Notes under the pieces: model-generated
The model's database searches: none
Seen by the model: only the letters and a program-made list of their open reading frames with translations
What the model was told of the DNA's origin: nothing
Part shown: piece after piece, positions 63,919 through 64,000 of the stretch
Numbering within the stretch: position 1 is the first letter of the stretch
Layout of the letters: the number at the start of each line of letters is the position of its first letter
Translations under genes and position numbers: made by a program
Assembly: GCA_949297145.1 (NCBI GenBank)
Contig: CASFQO010000013.1
Coordinates: 82,768 to 146,767 of the forward strand
Length of the DNA stretch: 64,000 bases
DNA from: an uncultured Alphaproteobacteria bacterium
Lineage (GTDB): Bacteria > Pseudomonadota > Alphaproteobacteria > RF32 > CAG-239
Direction: 5' to 3'

Positions 63919-64000
63919 ATGCCGGATCAGTATTTACACGGTGTTGAAGTCATCGAGATTGACGACGGTGCGAGGTCTATTAAAACGGTCAAATCATCCG
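63919..64000 (+). CDS. Tail sheath protein, N-terminal fragment (runs off window)
   Basis: MPDQYLHGVEVIEIDDGARSIKTVKSS matches contractile-sheath N-termini; follows the fibre genes as in P2. Confidence 0.6.
   Translation, partial: MPDQYLHGVEVIEIDDGARSIKTVKSS

Larger units (their letters stand above)
26334..64000. mobile_element. Integrated temperate phage-like element (left end next to tRNA-Lys; right end beyond window)
   Basis: Abrupt compositional shift after the tRNA; serine recombinase, primase/helicase, terminase, portal, capsid, baseplate and tail genes. Confidence 0.8.

Overview
The window splits at a tRNA-Lys(UUU) gene (26220..26295). Left of it (1..26.3 kb) is a visibly AT-rich chromosomal backbone (G+C roughly one third, by eye). 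It carries the rpsB 5' end, parE, a Pit/DUF47 phosphate pair, two tandem DsbA-like genes, an ABC-F ATPase and a glycosyltransferase/MFS/CgeB-like surface-glycan cluster. It then carries an LD-carboxypeptidase, RNase J, birA and a NuoN/M/L-like trio; the nuoN-birA-rnj order is typical of Alphaproteobacteria. Right of the tRNA (26.3..64 kb, running off the window) is a distinctly higher-G+C (about half, by eye) integrated temperate-phage-like element. Its early region holds small paralogous genes driven by eight copies of a conserved promoter/5'UTR cassette. Next come a DUF2924 / small resolvase-like / large serine recombinase / XRE operon with a DUF3489 gene, and a TOPRIM-AAA primase/helicase followed by an AT-rich palindrome. 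An accessory block follows: a class II Fic gene plus a decayed copy, an IS3-family insertion, a possible HEPN protein and a low-GC two-gene cassette. The late operon runs C5-MTase, ParB-MTase, small and large (GpA) terminase, gpW-like, lambda-type portal, S49 protease, decoration protein and Mu gpT-like capsid. It continues with a P2-type baseplate (V, W, J, I), tail fibre, glycine-rich protein and the sheath start. The most unusual signal is the C5-methyltransferase locus (48864..50069). Two reading frames stay open together for about 1.15 kb and both carry recognisable protein motifs. The second is the NuoL/M/N-like trio, which lacks nuoA-K in this window and has its conserved charged motifs replaced. 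All calls come from reading the sequence and ORF translations by eye. No searches were run, and family names are recollections that need HMM/BLAST confirmation.
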